Source: Candidatus Kapaibacterium sp. (lineage in GTDB: Bacteria > Bacteroidota > Ignavibacteria > Kapaibacteriales > Kapaibacteriaceae). From it: 64,000 nt of DNA. Where the stretch lies: assembly GCA_018882585.1 (NCBI GenBank), contig VFFB01000005.1, positions 948-64,947 on the forward strand, in the 5' to 3' direction. Each line of letters opens with the position of its first letter. The first letter of the stretch is position 1. Made by a program: the position numbers and the translations under genes. The notes under the pieces were generated by a model. That model was not told where the DNA came from. It made no database searches and saw only the letters and a program-made list of their open reading frames with translations. Shown here piece after piece: positions 28,339 to 39,284 of this stretch.

Positions 28339-29829
28339 TCAGCGTTGCAGGGCCTTGCGCAGGAAATCCACGTCGGCGCGGATCTTCCGGTCCGTATCGA
28401 TGTAGTTCATGATCGTCTGGCAGCTGTGCAGCACCGTCGTATGGTCGCGGCCGCCGAAGTGCAAGCCGATGCTCTTGAGCGACATCTGCGTGAGCTGCTT
28501 TGCAAGGAACATGCACATCTGTCGGGCAAGGACAACCTCGTGCTTGCGCGTCTTGGCCGACAGCAGCGAAATCTCCTGGTTGTAATAGGCGCTTACTTCC
28601 TGCTTGATGTCGTCGATCGTCAGCGTGCGCGTCGAGGCCGACCCCGAGACACCGCGGACGATCTCCTTGGCCAGATCCAGCGACGGCTCGCGGTTGTCGA
28701 GCGAGACCTTCGCCAGGAACGAGATGAGGCAACCTTCGAGTTCGCGGACGCTGGACGTGACGTGACGGGCAACATATTCAAGCACATCGCCCGGCAGATC
28801 CATGCCTTCGTCAAGGCTCTTCTGCTGCAGGATGGCCATACGCGTTTCGAAGTCCGGCGGCTGAATGTCGACCGTCAGACCCCACTGGAATCGCGAGATC
28901 AGGCGCTCGTCAACATCGGCAAGGTCTTTCGGCTGCTTGTCGCTGGTAAGCACAAGCTGCTTGCCGGCCTGGTGCAGGGCGTTGAACGTATGGAAGAACA
29001 TATCCTGTGTACGCTCCTTGCCGCCCAGGAACTGGATGTCGTCAACGATTAGGACGTCGACGCCGCGGTAGAAGTTCGTAAACTCCGCAAGCTTATTGGT
29101 CTGGATCGCATTGATGTACTCCATCGTGAACTTCTCGGAGTTCGTGAAGAGCACCTTGGCCTGACGATTGCGATGCAGCACGCGGTTACCGATGGCCTGC
29201 ACCAAGTGCGTCTTGCCAAGACCGGTCGGACCGTAGATCACCAGCGGATTATAGCGCGTCTTGCCGGGGTTATCGGCAACAGCCATCGCCGCGGACGTAG
29301 CCAGCTGGTTGTTCTCGCCACGGATGAAGTTGTCGAAGGTATATCGCTGGTTGAAGTAGGCAGGATAATGCGTCGGAGCGGGACCCTGCTGCGGCTGCGC
29401 AAACGGCAGCTGCGGCTGTGCTTCGGGTTGGCGCAGTCCGGGCAGCTTGATCGTACGCTGCTCTGCAGCAACGTCAGCTGTCTCGTCCACAACGACGTGA
29501 TACTGTAACGTGGCCTTCGGCCCGAGAACTCGTTGAACCGTTCTCGCGAGCAACGAAGCATAGTGCGCTTCGATCCACTCGTAGAAGAACTGACTCGGTA
29601 ACTCGATGGTGAGCTGCCGACCGTCCCACGTTTTGGGACGCATCTGCTCGAACCATGTCTTGAACACCTGCTGCGACACGTTGTCGCGCACGATGTCAAG
29701 ACATCGACTCCACAGCGCCGATACGTCCTCTGCTACACCGGCAACAGCCGCGCGTGCAGTTCCCCCGGACTTCGACGTTGCTGTCGGATCGTCTGTCGAA
29801 AACAAGTTCAATGGTGCCGATTTCTTCAC
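28339..29829 (-). CDS. dnaA: Chromosomal replication initiator DnaA
   Basis: YTFDNF, NPLVIYGPTGLGKTHL, VDDIQFL, RLISRFQWGL, VRELEG, FGGRDHTTVLH. GGAGG precedes the GTG start at 29829. Confidence 0.97.
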   Translation of the reverse strand: MKKSAPLNLFSTDDPTATSKSGGTARAAVAGVAEDVSALWSRCLDIVRDNVSQQVFKTWFEQMRPKTWDGRQLTIELPSQFFYEWIEAHYASLLARTVQRVLGPKATLQYHVVVDETADVAAEQRTIKLPGLRQPEAQPQLPFAQPQQGPAPTHYPAYFNQRYTFDNFIRGENNQLATSAAMAVADNPGKTRYNPLVIYGPTGLGKTHLVQAIGNRVLHRNRQAKVLFTNSEKFTMEYINAIQTNKLAEFTNFYRGVDVLIVDDIQFLGGKERTQDMFFHTFNALHQAGKQLVLTSDKQPKDLADVDERLISRFQWGLTVDIQPPDFETRMAILQQKSLDEGMDLPGDVLEYVARHVTSSVRELEGCLISFLAKVSLDNREPSLDLAKEIVRGVSGSASTRTLTIDDIKQEVSAYYNQEISLLSAKTRKHEVVLARQMCMFLAKQLTQMSLKSIGLHFGGRDHTTVLHSCQTIMNYIDTDRKIRADVDFLRKALQR

Positions 29830-29915
29830 GTCTGTACCTCCACCGTAGATGACTCCGAAGGAAAGGAGTCGATTGACCAGCCAAACGCCACACACATCCG
29901 GCCGCCCACACTCGT

Positions 29916-29970
29916 TATCAATGCGTATTGATACTCTTTACTGGGGCTGCAATGTTAGGCCTGTGGACAA
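29916..29970. promoter_or_regulatory. dnaA-tatC divergent intergenic region with a DnaA-box-like 9-mer and an inverted repeat
   Basis: TGTGGACAA at 29962-29970 (one mismatch to TTATCCACA on the minus strand); TATCAAT-N4-ATTGATA at 29916-29933. Confidence 0.45.
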
Positions 29971-30109
29971 CGTAGATTCAAGAGAAAAAGTTGGTTCCTG
30001 TGAAATTTTTTCCCTTGCTTTTTAAGAGCATTCGCTAAACACGCACACAACAACAACTTCCATGCGGGGCGTCGTATTTTCGTGCTCCAATACATGAAGA
30101 ACGCCGCCG

Positions 30110-30871
30110 ATGTCAACAGGTTCAGACGTCCAGACAGCCCCCACCGCTGACGCCCACGGCGAGATGTCGTTTTTCGATCATCTCGACGAGTTGCGGTCGC
30201 GCATCTTCAAGGCCCTCCTGGGCATCGTCGTAGGATGCATTATTGTCGCGTTCTTTACCAACGAGATCGTTGCCGAGCTTCTGCGGCCTGCCGTCAGCTC
30301 GAATGTCGAATTGCAGAACATCGAGCCCTTCGGCCAGGCCTTTCTCAAGATCAAGATCGTCTTCATCGGTGGTACGGTGCTTGCCTTTCCTTGGCTTGTA
30401 TGGCAGATATGGGGATTCATCGCCCCCGGACTGTACGCACATGAGCGCAGCTGGGCACGGAAGATCACCTTTTTCACGACCGTCTGTTTTCTGATCGGCA
30501 TCTCCTTCTCGTACTTCCTGCTGATCCCCTCCATGATGGCCTACATGAACGTTGTGGCCGACCCCAACATCAAGGACAGTATTGCGATCTCGTACTACTT
30601 TTCGTTCTTCACGAACATGCTGCTGGCAGGTGGCCTGATCTTCGAACTGCCTATGATCACGTGGGTGCTGGCACGCGTCGGCATCTTGAATCCGACGCTG
30701 ATGGTGACGTATCGAAGGCACTCTATCGTCGGCATTCTTGTTATCGCCGCTGTGATCACTCCCTCGCCCGACCCCGTCAACCAATTGATGGTTGCGATCC
30801 CACTCTACATCCTCTACGAGATCAGTGCCGTCCTGGCGCGCTTTGCCTATGCAAAGCGCGACCAGGTCTGA
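30110..30871 (+). CDS. tatC: Twin-arginine translocase subunit TatC
   Basis: MSFFDHLDELRSR, FIAPGLY..E, FELP, AAVITP.PDP. Confidence 0.96.
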   Translation: MSTGSDVQTAPTADAHGEMSFFDHLDELRSRIFKALLGIVVGCIIVAFFTNEIVAELLRPAVSSNVELQNIEPFGQAFLKIKIVFIGGTVLAFPWLVWQIWGFIAPGLYAHERSWARKITFFTTVCFLIGISFSYFLLIPSMMAYMNVVADPNIKDSIAISYYFSFFTNMLLAGGLIFELPMITWVLARVGILNPTLMVTYRRHSIVGILVIAAVITPSPDPVNQLMVAIPLYILYEISAVLARFAYAKRDQV

Positions 30872-30886
30872 CGTCTCGCCCTTACC

Positions 30887-31873
30887 ATGGCATCCGAACG
30901 CACACTCCTCGAGATCTCGGCTCCGGTAGCTGACGAGTTGGACCGGTTTGAACCCTTCATGCGCGAGCAGATGCGGTCTCGCACGGCACTGCTCGACACC
31001 GTCGTGCGCTACATCATGAAGCAGCGCGGCAAGCGCGTCCGCCCGGCCCTGGTCTTCCTGTCGGCCGGACTCTGCGCCCCCATCACCGAGCGTGCCTTTG
31101 TGGGCGCTGCCATGGTCGAGCTGCTGCATACGGCCACGCTGGTGCACGACGACGTTGTGGACCAGTCCGAAGAACGCCGCGGCATGGCCTCGATCAATGC
31201 CGTCTGGAAGAACAAGATCTCCGTCCTGGTCGGCGACTACCTCCTGTCACGCGGCCTGCTCGTCGCCGTCAACAACAACGAGTTCGACTATCTGAAGATC
31301 ACGTCGGACGCCGTGCGCCGCATGAGCGAGGGCGAGCTGCTGCAACTGCAGAAGAAGCGTCAGAAGCGTCTTGACGAAGAGACCTACTTCCGCATCATTT
31401 CGGACAAGACGGCCTCGCTGATCAGCACTTGCTGCGAGGTCGGAGCCGTAAGCTCCGGCGTCGACACGGAGCGCCGCACGGCCCTTCGATCGTACGGCGA
31501 ACTCGTCGGTCTTGCCTTCCAGATCCGCGACGACGTGCTGGACTACGTGGGCAGGCACACGCTGCTCGGCAAGCCCATCGGCGCCGATATCCGCGACCAG
31601 AAGATCACCTTGCCCCTTATCTATGCCTGTGCAAATGCCCCGAAGTCCGAGGCTAAGTCCACGATCGCCAAGGTAAAGGGGCGAGGCATCACCTCGGCGG
31701 GCGTACAAGAGGTGATCCGGTTTGCCCAACAGTACGAAGGCATCGAGGCGGCACAGCGCAAGGCGCTCGAGCTGCGCGACGAGGCGCTGAAGCACCTGGA
31801 GGTCTTCGACGATTCGGTCTACAAGACGTCGTTGCGCGATTTTGCTAACTTCGTCGTCGTACGCCCCAAGTAA
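30887..31873 (+). CDS. Polyprenyl diphosphate synthase (octaprenyl-PP synthase-like)
   Basis: GKRVRP, LVHDDVVD, KTASL, FQIRDDVLD. Confidence 0.93.
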   Translation: MASERTLLEISAPVADELDRFEPFMREQMRSRTALLDTVVRYIMKQRGKRVRPALVFLSAGLCAPITERAFVGAAMVELLHTATLVHDDVVDQSEERRGMASINAVWKNKISVLVGDYLLSRGLLVAVNNNEFDYLKITSDAVRRMSEGELLQLQKKRQKRLDEETYFRIISDKTASLISTCCEVGAVSSGVDTERRTALRSYGELVGLAFQIRDDVLDYVGRHTLLGKPIGADIRDQKITLPLIYACANAPKSEAKSTIAKVKGRGITSAGVQEVIRFAQQYEGIEAAQRKALELRDEALKHLEVFDDSVYKTSLRDFANFVVVRPK

Positions 31874-31895
31874 CACGGTATTCCCGGAGACAACC

Positions 31896-32639
<744 letters not shown>

Positions 32640-32647
32640 TCATCTGC

Positions 32648-33631
32648 ATGTCGCCAACCGGTCAGTCTGCTGCCCCATCCTTTGCCGTCACCGCGGCGCA
32701 GTGCGTTGCCAACGGCCAGGCAGCTCAAGCCGTGCGGCTATGCGCTGACGGAATCGCTGCGTTTCCGGATTACCTGGGCGGCTACGTCGTCCTTGCCGGT
32801 GCCTACGATGCCCTGGGCAAGACCGACGATGCGTATATCATCCGTACCGAGGCACACCGACGATTTCCATGGCTGCCCTGGGTAGGACCTCTGGCCGAGA
32901 GCTTCCGCGAGACCGCGGTTTCAACCGAAGCGGTGCCAACCGAGGCGGTGCCAACCGAGGCGGTTTCAACCGAAGCGGTGCCAACCGAGGCGGTGCCAAC
33001 CGAAGCGGTGCCAACCGAAGCACCCTTGGTCGAGTCCATCCCGTCCATTCCGCCCGTTGACGTACCCGGCTTGGACGCCGGGCAACACACGCTGCGGCTG
33101 ATCCACATGGCGGCGCCTGTTGATGATCATCGCATCATCAGGAGTGCGGCCGTCAGGTTGATCCCTGGTCTGGAATTCACGTCGTTACGCTTCGAAGGCG
33201 TCAAGCAGCGCGGACGCAGGGCGATCCAGCAGCTGTCGGACCCTCCGGCATTCCGCGAGTTTCATGCGCCGATACGGCCTATGCGACGTCAGCCTGCGGC
33301 GCAGCCGGCGCAGGCGCAGCCAGCGCCGTCTGCGCGGCCGGTCTCGCTCGAAGAGCTCGCGCAACGACTTGAGCGCGCACGCATGCCCCGCCCGGGCACA
33401 GCACCCGCACAGCCGGTGCCAGCGCCCGCGCCTGCACCGGTCAAGCCTTCCGTACAGTCCACAGCGTCGGCACCGGTTGTCTTCTCGGAAACCATGGCCG
33501 GCATCTATGCATCACAGGGCGCCTACGACCTGGCCATCCAGGTCTATCGCACGTTGCAGCAGAAGCATCCCGACCGACATGATCACTTCCAGAAGCTGAT
33601 CGACGACGTCGCGGCAACGCGCACGCCATGA
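32648..33631 (+). CDS. TPR-containing protein with low-complexity repeats
   Basis: N-terminal TPR (FPDYLGGYVVLA) and C-terminal SETMAGIYASQG..AIQVY..L..KHP TPR motif. Confidence 0.75.
   Translation: MSPTGQSAAPSFAVTAAQCVANGQAAQAVRLCADGIAAFPDYLGGYVVLAGAYDALGKTDDAYIIRTEAHRRFPWLPWVGPLAESFRETAVSTEAVPTEAVPTEAVSTEAVPTEAVPTEAVPTEAPLVESIPSIPPVDVPGLDAGQHTLRLIHMAAPVDDHRIIRSAAVRLIPGLEFTSLRFEGVKQRGRRAIQQLSDPPAFREFHAPIRPMRRQPAAQPAQAQPAPSARPVSLEELAQRLERARMPRPGTAPAQPVPAPAPAPVKPSVQSTASAPVVFSETMAGIYASQGAYDLAIQVYRTLQQKHPDRHDHFQKLIDDVAATRTP
32915..33021 (+). repeat. 15-bp intragenic tandem repeat (about 7 copies, TEAVP/TEAVS)
   Basis: ACCGARGCGGTKYCA units at 32924, 32939, 32954, 32969, 32984 and 32999, plus partial copies. 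Confidence 0.9.
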
Positions 33632-34928
33632 TCCTGTGGCGGTACATCCTGCGCGCGCACGCTGCCCCCTTTCTGGCGGGGACCGTGACCATCATGCTGC
33701 TGTTTTTGTTGCAGTATCTGGTGCGCTTCATCAATGACCTGGTGTCGAAGGGTCTTGGCCTGTGGGTGGTGACGCAGTTCGTTGCCCTGAACCTGTCGTG
33801 GATCCTTGTCCTTGCCATTCCCATCGGCATCCTGTTTTCGACGGTCATGGCCTTCGGGTCGATGTCGGCCGCCCACGAGGTTCCATTTTCAAAGCCTCGG
33901 GCATGGGCCTGTTCCGGATGATGATTCCCGTGATGGTCGTCGGTAGCATGCTGTGGGGCTTTACGTACTGGTATACCGACAACGTCCTGCCCGACACCAA
34001 CCTGCGGCTGGCCACGATGATGCGCGACATTCAGCGTGCCAAGCCGACGTTTGCCGTCGAACCCGGACAGTTCACCACGGCCATCGAGGGCTTCACCATT
34101 CTGGCACGCAGGACCGACACGGCGGGAACGTTGTATGGGGTGACGATCTACGACAACAGCGGACAGCTCCGACAGAACATCGTCAATGCCGACACGGCGC
34201 GTATGGGCTTCGACTCGTCGCTCACGCGGCTGGTGATGCAGCTCTACCATGGCGAGATCCACCAGCGCAACCTGAAGCAGCCAAACGAGTATCGCACGAT
34301 CTCGTTCGAGCGACATCAGATCGCCATGCCAGCCGACAGGTTCTTCTTTGAATCGTCGGACCCTACAGGCACGTCGCGTGGCGAACGCGAGATGCGCATC
34401 CGCGACATGCAGGAGATTGTCGACCGATCGAGTGCCAATGCGGCGACGGCCGCCCAGAGCTGTACGCAGATGATAGACTCGTACCTTGCCGAACTCTTCG
34501 GCGACACCAAGGCACGGTCCGTAACGGCAGACACAACACGCCTGACACTCGCCGACGCACTGGCGCGGGCACAGTCGCGCCTTAGCTCCTTTCACACCGG
34601 CTACGAAGGCGAGTCATTCCGACGTAGCGCCGAGCTCGATACCGAACGCAAGTACCTTGTCGAGATCCACAAGAAGTACGCCATCCCCGCGGCCTGCATC
34701 CTGTTTGTCATTGTTGGATGTCCGATGGGCATCATCACTAAGGGCGGCAACTTCGGCGTCAGCGCCGCCATCTCGCTTGGCTTCTACGTCCTGTACTGGA
34801 TCTCCCTCATCGGCGGCGAGAAACTCGCCGACCGCGGCTTCATGCCGCCAGCCCTGGCCATGTGGCTTGGCAACATCCTCCTTGCCGTCATCGGCGCAGT
34901 TGTGACCACGCGGGTGAATAGCAGATAA
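33628..34928 (+). pseudogene. lptF: LptF/LptG-family permease with a 1-nt frameshift near 33880 (probably an assembly error)
   Basis: MILWRYILR...SAAHEV in one frame continues as SIFKASGMGL...EIHKKYAIP in another. GAGGTTCCATT lacks one base relative to GAG GTT TCC ATT. Confidence 0.85.
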
Positions 34929-35070
34929 TCGGTGGATCAAGGATAGCGGACGATACTCCGCTTCGGCATGGTTGCCCGAAACCTCCCGTCATGTAGACCA
35001 CTGCGTTAAACCATTCCCGGCCACGTCGCTCTAAGGCCGTCTGCACATCATCACTGCCTTAGGGGACATC

Positions 35071-36471
35071 ATGACACTGCGCATCTTCTTGGCGTGCGCC
35101 GCCACGTTGCTCTGTACATGCTTTGCAGCCACAGACCTGTCTGCCCATATCGGTGGACACGGTCAGGGGGCGTTGAGGACATGGAAGGTCGGCCGATCGC
35201 ATATCCACGGTTCGTTCCACAGCATGCGCGACGCAGACGTCGTCATCGAGAATAGCCGCGGCAAGCTGCGACGCTATCCGCTTACGGCGCTGTCGGCGGC
35301 AGATCAGGCCTATGCCATGCAGCGGTATCATCGACTGCGTGCAATGGTCGAGCCGTTGCAGACGCCACATCAGGTTGGTCCTGTCGTGACGCCACAAGCG
35401 CAACCATCGCTGCCAACCTCGCAGGTTGCGCCTTGGGCTGTCGTCGGTTCGACGGCGCTTGCCATGGCCGCACTTGCCCTGGCCTCGATGATCGTTGTAG
35501 GCACGTATCGCCGACGTATCCCCGCAGGACGGATCGCCGTGCGTTCGTCCATGGCACTGGCACTCGCGCTCGCAGCCCTGGGCAGCCTTGCGCCATCGCT
35601 GCAGGCAAGCATGCAGGCAGTCCTGATGGGCACCGACCCAATGGTGATCGATGCTTCGTTCGCTCCGTTCAAACCGCGCGTGGCCACGCGGTGGGACGAT
35701 ACGTACTTCTACGTCGAGCACGACGGTATGCCCATGGACATGCCGGCCATGAAGGGTATCACGGCTTGGCAACAGCAGGTGCCGATCCCGCAGTTCTACG
35801 TCGGAAACAACGCCTGGCCGATCCCGCTCAAGCCCGTCCCCGCCGAACGCCCCATCCTACTAGACACAGCCTTCCATACAGGTGCTGTAGCTATCGGTGT
35901 GAACGGTCTGCCCATCTTCAACCCCGAGAATAACCGCGGCGAATTCTCGCTCGATATCGGCGAGCTGGACGCCTTTGGCGGTCATTGCGGTCGCGCCGAC
36001 GACTACCACTACCACATCGCGCCGATCCACCTGCAGGAGCGCCTGGGAGCCGCATCACCCATCGCCTGGGCTCTGGATGGTTATCCGTTGTACGGCTACC
36101 GCGAACCCGATGGGTCGGACGTGCAGCCCCTTGACGCAAACCTGGGTCATGAATGGAACGGCTCCTATCACTACCACGCCGTCAAAACGCGTCCCTACAT
36201 GATGGCCGGCATGCGCGGCAAGGTGACGCTTGACAGAGATCAGGTGATGCCGCAGCCACAAACAAGGGGCGCGCGCCCCTTCCTGCAGGCGTTGAAGGGA
36301 GCCGAGATCACCGACCTGCATGCGTGCGACAGCAATCACTATGCGCTGAAGTACACGGTGAACGGCCAGTCTAACTGGGTGAACTACCGATGGTCGAATA
36401 ACGGCCAGTACACCTATGTCTTCGTGGCACCGAACGGTACACGGACCACCCAAACCTATCAGCGAAAGTGA
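35071..36471 (+). CDS. YHYH-domain protein with N-terminal SHD1-like domain and internal hydrophobic hairpin
   Basis: Signal peptide, RTWK..G.F...V.IE...G....PLTALS.ADQAY (SHD1-like), two hydrophobic segments, GAVAIGVNGLPIFN, LDAFGGH, DYHYH, ALDGYPLYG, SYHYH. Confidence 0.85.
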   Translation: MTLRIFLACAATLLCTCFAATDLSAHIGGHGQGALRTWKVGRSHIHGSFHSMRDADVVIENSRGKLRRYPLTALSAADQAYAMQRYHRLRAMVEPLQTPHQVGPVVTPQAQPSLPTSQVAPWAVVGSTALAMAALALASMIVVGTYRRRIPAGRIAVRSSMALALALAALGSLAPSLQASMQAVLMGTDPMVIDASFAPFKPRVATRWDDTYFYVEHDGMPMDMPAMKGITAWQQQVPIPQFYVGNNAWPIPLKPVPAERPILLDTAFHTGAVAIGVNGLPIFNPENNRGEFSLDIGELDAFGGHCGRADDYHYHIAPIHLQERLGAASPIAWALDGYPLYGYREPDGSDVQPLDANLGHEWNGSYHYHAVKTRPYMMAGMRGKVTLDRDQVMPQPQTRGARPFLQALKGAEITDLHACDSNHYALKYTVNGQSNWVNYRWSNNGQYTYVFVAPNGTRTTQTYQRK

Positions 36472-36478
36472 GGCGACA

Positions 36479-37672
36479 ATGCGCAAGATCTTCCTCTCGG
36501 CTCTGACATGTTCGCTGATGCTTGGCGTGTACACGGTACAGGCACAGCAGGTTCGAAAGACCATGAAGCGTCTGCCTGATACTGGACAGACGGGAGACTA
36601 TACGGCCGTTCCCGGCGAAGACAGCGACTTCCGCTCTGCCCCCATCGTGATGATCGAGCAGGGCGACGTTGTGATCGATACCGTGACGGGACTGATGTGG
36701 CAACGAACCGATGGCGGCGAGATGACGTGGGCACAGGCCAAGGCCTACTGCGACACGCTCACGCTTGGCGGCCATTCCGACTGGCGTCTGCCGGCCGGAC
36801 ACGAGCTGTTCAGCATCCACGACTTCTCACGGTCGAACCCGGCGCTGCCCACGGCATTCCAACGCACAGGCGCGGAATACTGGTGGTCGATCGATACGCT
36901 CGTCTCCGACGGCCGTCGCATCTGGTGCACAAACGCCGGTGGCGGCATCGGACCGCATCCGATGACGGAGACCGTGAGTGCCGGCGGCGCCAAGAAGTTC
37001 CACGTCCGCGCCGTACGCGACCAACAAACTCCGACGTCAATACCGGAACAGTTTACGGCCTTTGCCGACGAGACCCTTCAGGATAACCTGACGTCGCGCA
37101 CATGGATGGAGTACTGCCTGCCCGGCGTCATGACGTGGGAAGACGCCCTCCGCGCGGCCGATACAACAACGCATGGCGGCTTTGCCGACTGGAGACTTCC
37201 CAATGTGAAAGAACTGCAGTCGCTGAGTGTTCGCGAGATGACGCTGCCCACGACCGACCTTCGGTTCTTTCCCTGCATCGCACCGGCAGCATCCTACTGG
37301 ACATCTACAACGGTCCTAAACAAGAGTCTCACGCAAGCGTGGATCCTGCAGACCGACCTCGGCATCGCCACGTATGCCGAGAAGGCAACTGCACAGCACG
37401 TTATCCTGGTTCGTGGTGGCGACAAGGCGGTATCCGTAGAAGACGACAACGTGTCTGACACTGCCCCCTTCATCCGACCCAATCCCGCCTCAGACGTTGT
37501 GCACCTTTCGCAGACGTGGAGTGATGTGCGCGTCTATGCCATAACCGGCGAACAGGTATTGCACAACAGCAACACGAGTGCCATTGATGTGCAGGTGCTG
37601 CAAGCGGGCGTGTACAGCATCGTTGCCTCAGACGGCTCGAAGACTACCATTGCCATGTTTATTAAACAGTGA
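36479..37672 (+). CDS. Tandem DUF1566 (Lcl-type C-lectin-like) protein with T9SS CTD
   Basis: LPDTGQT, VIDTVTGLMWQR, WAQAKAYC..L.LGGHSDWRLP..EL, second repeat GGFADWRLPNVKELQSL, and CTD IRPNPA. Confidence 0.9.
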   Translation: MRKIFLSALTCSLMLGVYTVQAQQVRKTMKRLPDTGQTGDYTAVPGEDSDFRSAPIVMIEQGDVVIDTVTGLMWQRTDGGEMTWAQAKAYCDTLTLGGHSDWRLPAGHELFSIHDFSRSNPALPTAFQRTGAEYWWSIDTLVSDGRRIWCTNAGGGIGPHPMTETVSAGGAKKFHVRAVRDQQTPTSIPEQFTAFADETLQDNLTSRTWMEYCLPGVMTWEDALRAADTTTHGGFADWRLPNVKELQSLSVREMTLPTTDLRFFPCIAPAASYWTSTTVLNKSLTQAWILQTDLGIATYAEKATAQHVILVRGGDKAVSVEDDNVSDTAPFIRPNPASDVVHLSQTWSDVRVYAITGEQVLHNSNTSAIDVQVLQAGVYSIVASDGSKTTIAMFIKQ

Positions 37673-37676
37673 CACC

Positions 37677-39284
37677 ATGATCATTGCCGCGATCCTGATC
37701 CTTCTTGCCGCTGCATCCGCCACGGCACAAGAACCCATCGTTATCCTTGGACGCCCTACCGATGTGTCGATGACAGCCAACGTGCACGTTGAACGCAGCA
37801 CGGAGGTGCGCATTGCCTACGGCTCTGCGCGCGATCAGTACACCGATACGACCGAACCGAAGAGCATTGCTGCCGATGTGCCGCTCGTTGAAGAGCTTAA
37901 GGGTTTGCGTCCCGATACGCGGTACTTTTATCGTTTGCAGTACAGGACATCGCCTTCGGCCGGTTGGACATCATCACCGGAACGGTTCTTTCAGACGCAG
38001 CGGTCTCGTGGAAAGAACTTTACGTTTCTCATCCAAGCCGACGAACACCTGTACGACAAAAAGGGCATTCCAAGCCTGTTCGAGACGACGCTGAGGAATG
38101 AAGCCAAGGACAGCGCCGACTTCCTGTTCTCGCTCGGCGATACGTTTGGTGATGACCATACGCCCGACGAGACAACGAGCGACGATATGCGCGACCTGCA
38201 CCGCGACTATCTGCAGTACTTCGGCAAGGTGTCGCACTCCATGCCGTTCTTCTTCTGCTTGGGCAACCACGAAGGCGAGATGGGCTACTACCTCAAACAG
38301 AACCCGCCCAACAACATCGCCGTCTACGGTACCCTGTGGCGCAAATACTACTACTCGAACCCTGTTCCCAATGCCTTCTACACCGGCAACCTCAAACAAG
38401 AGGATCACGGCATGGGGCTGCCCGAAAACTACTATGCCTTTGAATGGGGCGATGCGCTGTTCGTAGTGCTCGACGTGTACCGTCATTGCGATGTGAACGA
38501 GAAACCTCAGAACTGGGATTGGACACTCGGTGCCGACCAATACGAGTGGTTCCGCAAAACACTCTCATCCAGCAAGGCCAAACACAAGTTCGTCTTCGCC
38601 CATCACGTCCGCGGACAGGGCCGAGGTGCCGCCGGCATGGTGAAGGGATTTGAGTGGGGCGGGTACGAGACGAAGCAGGATCGCTACACCTTCGAAGCGC
38701 AACGTCCGGGCTGGGAAGCCCCTATCCATCAGCTGATGGTGAAGTATGGCGTCAATGCATTCTTCCAGGGCCACGACCATTTATACGCAACCGAAGTCAT
38801 CGACGGCATCATGTATCAGGAAGTGCCGATGCCGAGCGACTCGACGTACGAGATCGGCGTGCTGGCCAATGCCGATGCATACACGGATCTAACGCTTGAC
38901 GGCTCGGGCTACCTTCGCGTTAACGTGAACGAGGATCGTGTCGTGGTTGACTATGTGCGAACCTTCCTGCCGCAGCACGAAACGGCAGAACGTCGTAACG
39001 GCGAGGTGAAACATTCCTACACACTCACGCCTCGCACATCATCGGTGGCCGAGTTAGGCGCGCAGACGTCAACTGTGTATCCACTTCCGGCAGATGGTGT
39101 TCTTCGCGTTGCCAATACTGATCAGGACATCGACGAAGTGATCATCATGAATGCCATCGGCGAGATCGTCATGCGGTCCACATCATCCGAGCTGCAGGTA
39201 GAGCACCTTCCCAATGGCATCTACTCGGCCCGAATCGTACGCAATGGCGCAACGTCAACGCATCCCGTCCTTATCCAACATTGA
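37677..39284 (+). CDS. Secreted calcineurin-like metallophosphoesterase with N-terminal FN3 domain and T9SS CTD
   Basis: ADEH, LGD, GNHEGE, FAHH, GHDH; CTD VYPLPA..GIY. Confidence 0.88.
   Translation: MIIAAILILLAAASATAQEPIVILGRPTDVSMTANVHVERSTEVRIAYGSARDQYTDTTEPKSIAADVPLVEELKGLRPDTRYFYRLQYRTSPSAGWTSSPERFFQTQRSRGKNFTFLIQADEHLYDKKGIPSLFETTLRNEAKDSADFLFSLGDTFGDDHTPDETTSDDMRDLHRDYLQYFGKVSHSMPFFFCLGNHEGEMGYYLKQNPPNNIAVYGTLWRKYYYSNPVPNAFYTGNLKQEDHGMGLPENYYAFEWGDALFVVLDVYRHCDVNEKPQNWDWTLGADQYEWFRKTLSSSKAKHKFVFAHHVRGQGRGAAGMVKGFEWGGYETKQDRYTFEAQRPGWEAPIHQLMVKYGVNAFFQGHDHLYATEVIDGIMYQEVPMPSDSTYEIGVLANADAYTDLTLDGSGYLRVNVNEDRVVVDYVRTFLPQHETAERRNGEVKHSYTLTPRTSSVAELGAQTSTVYPLPADGVLRVANTDQDIDEVIIMNAIGEIVMRSTSSELQVEHLPNGIYSARIVRNGATSTHPVLIQH

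Noticed and set aside
36479-37672. Diversity-generating retroelement targeting the DUF1566 protein
   Set aside because: DUF1566-type domains can be DGR targets, but I saw no RT, no avd and no adenine-mismatched template repeat in the window.
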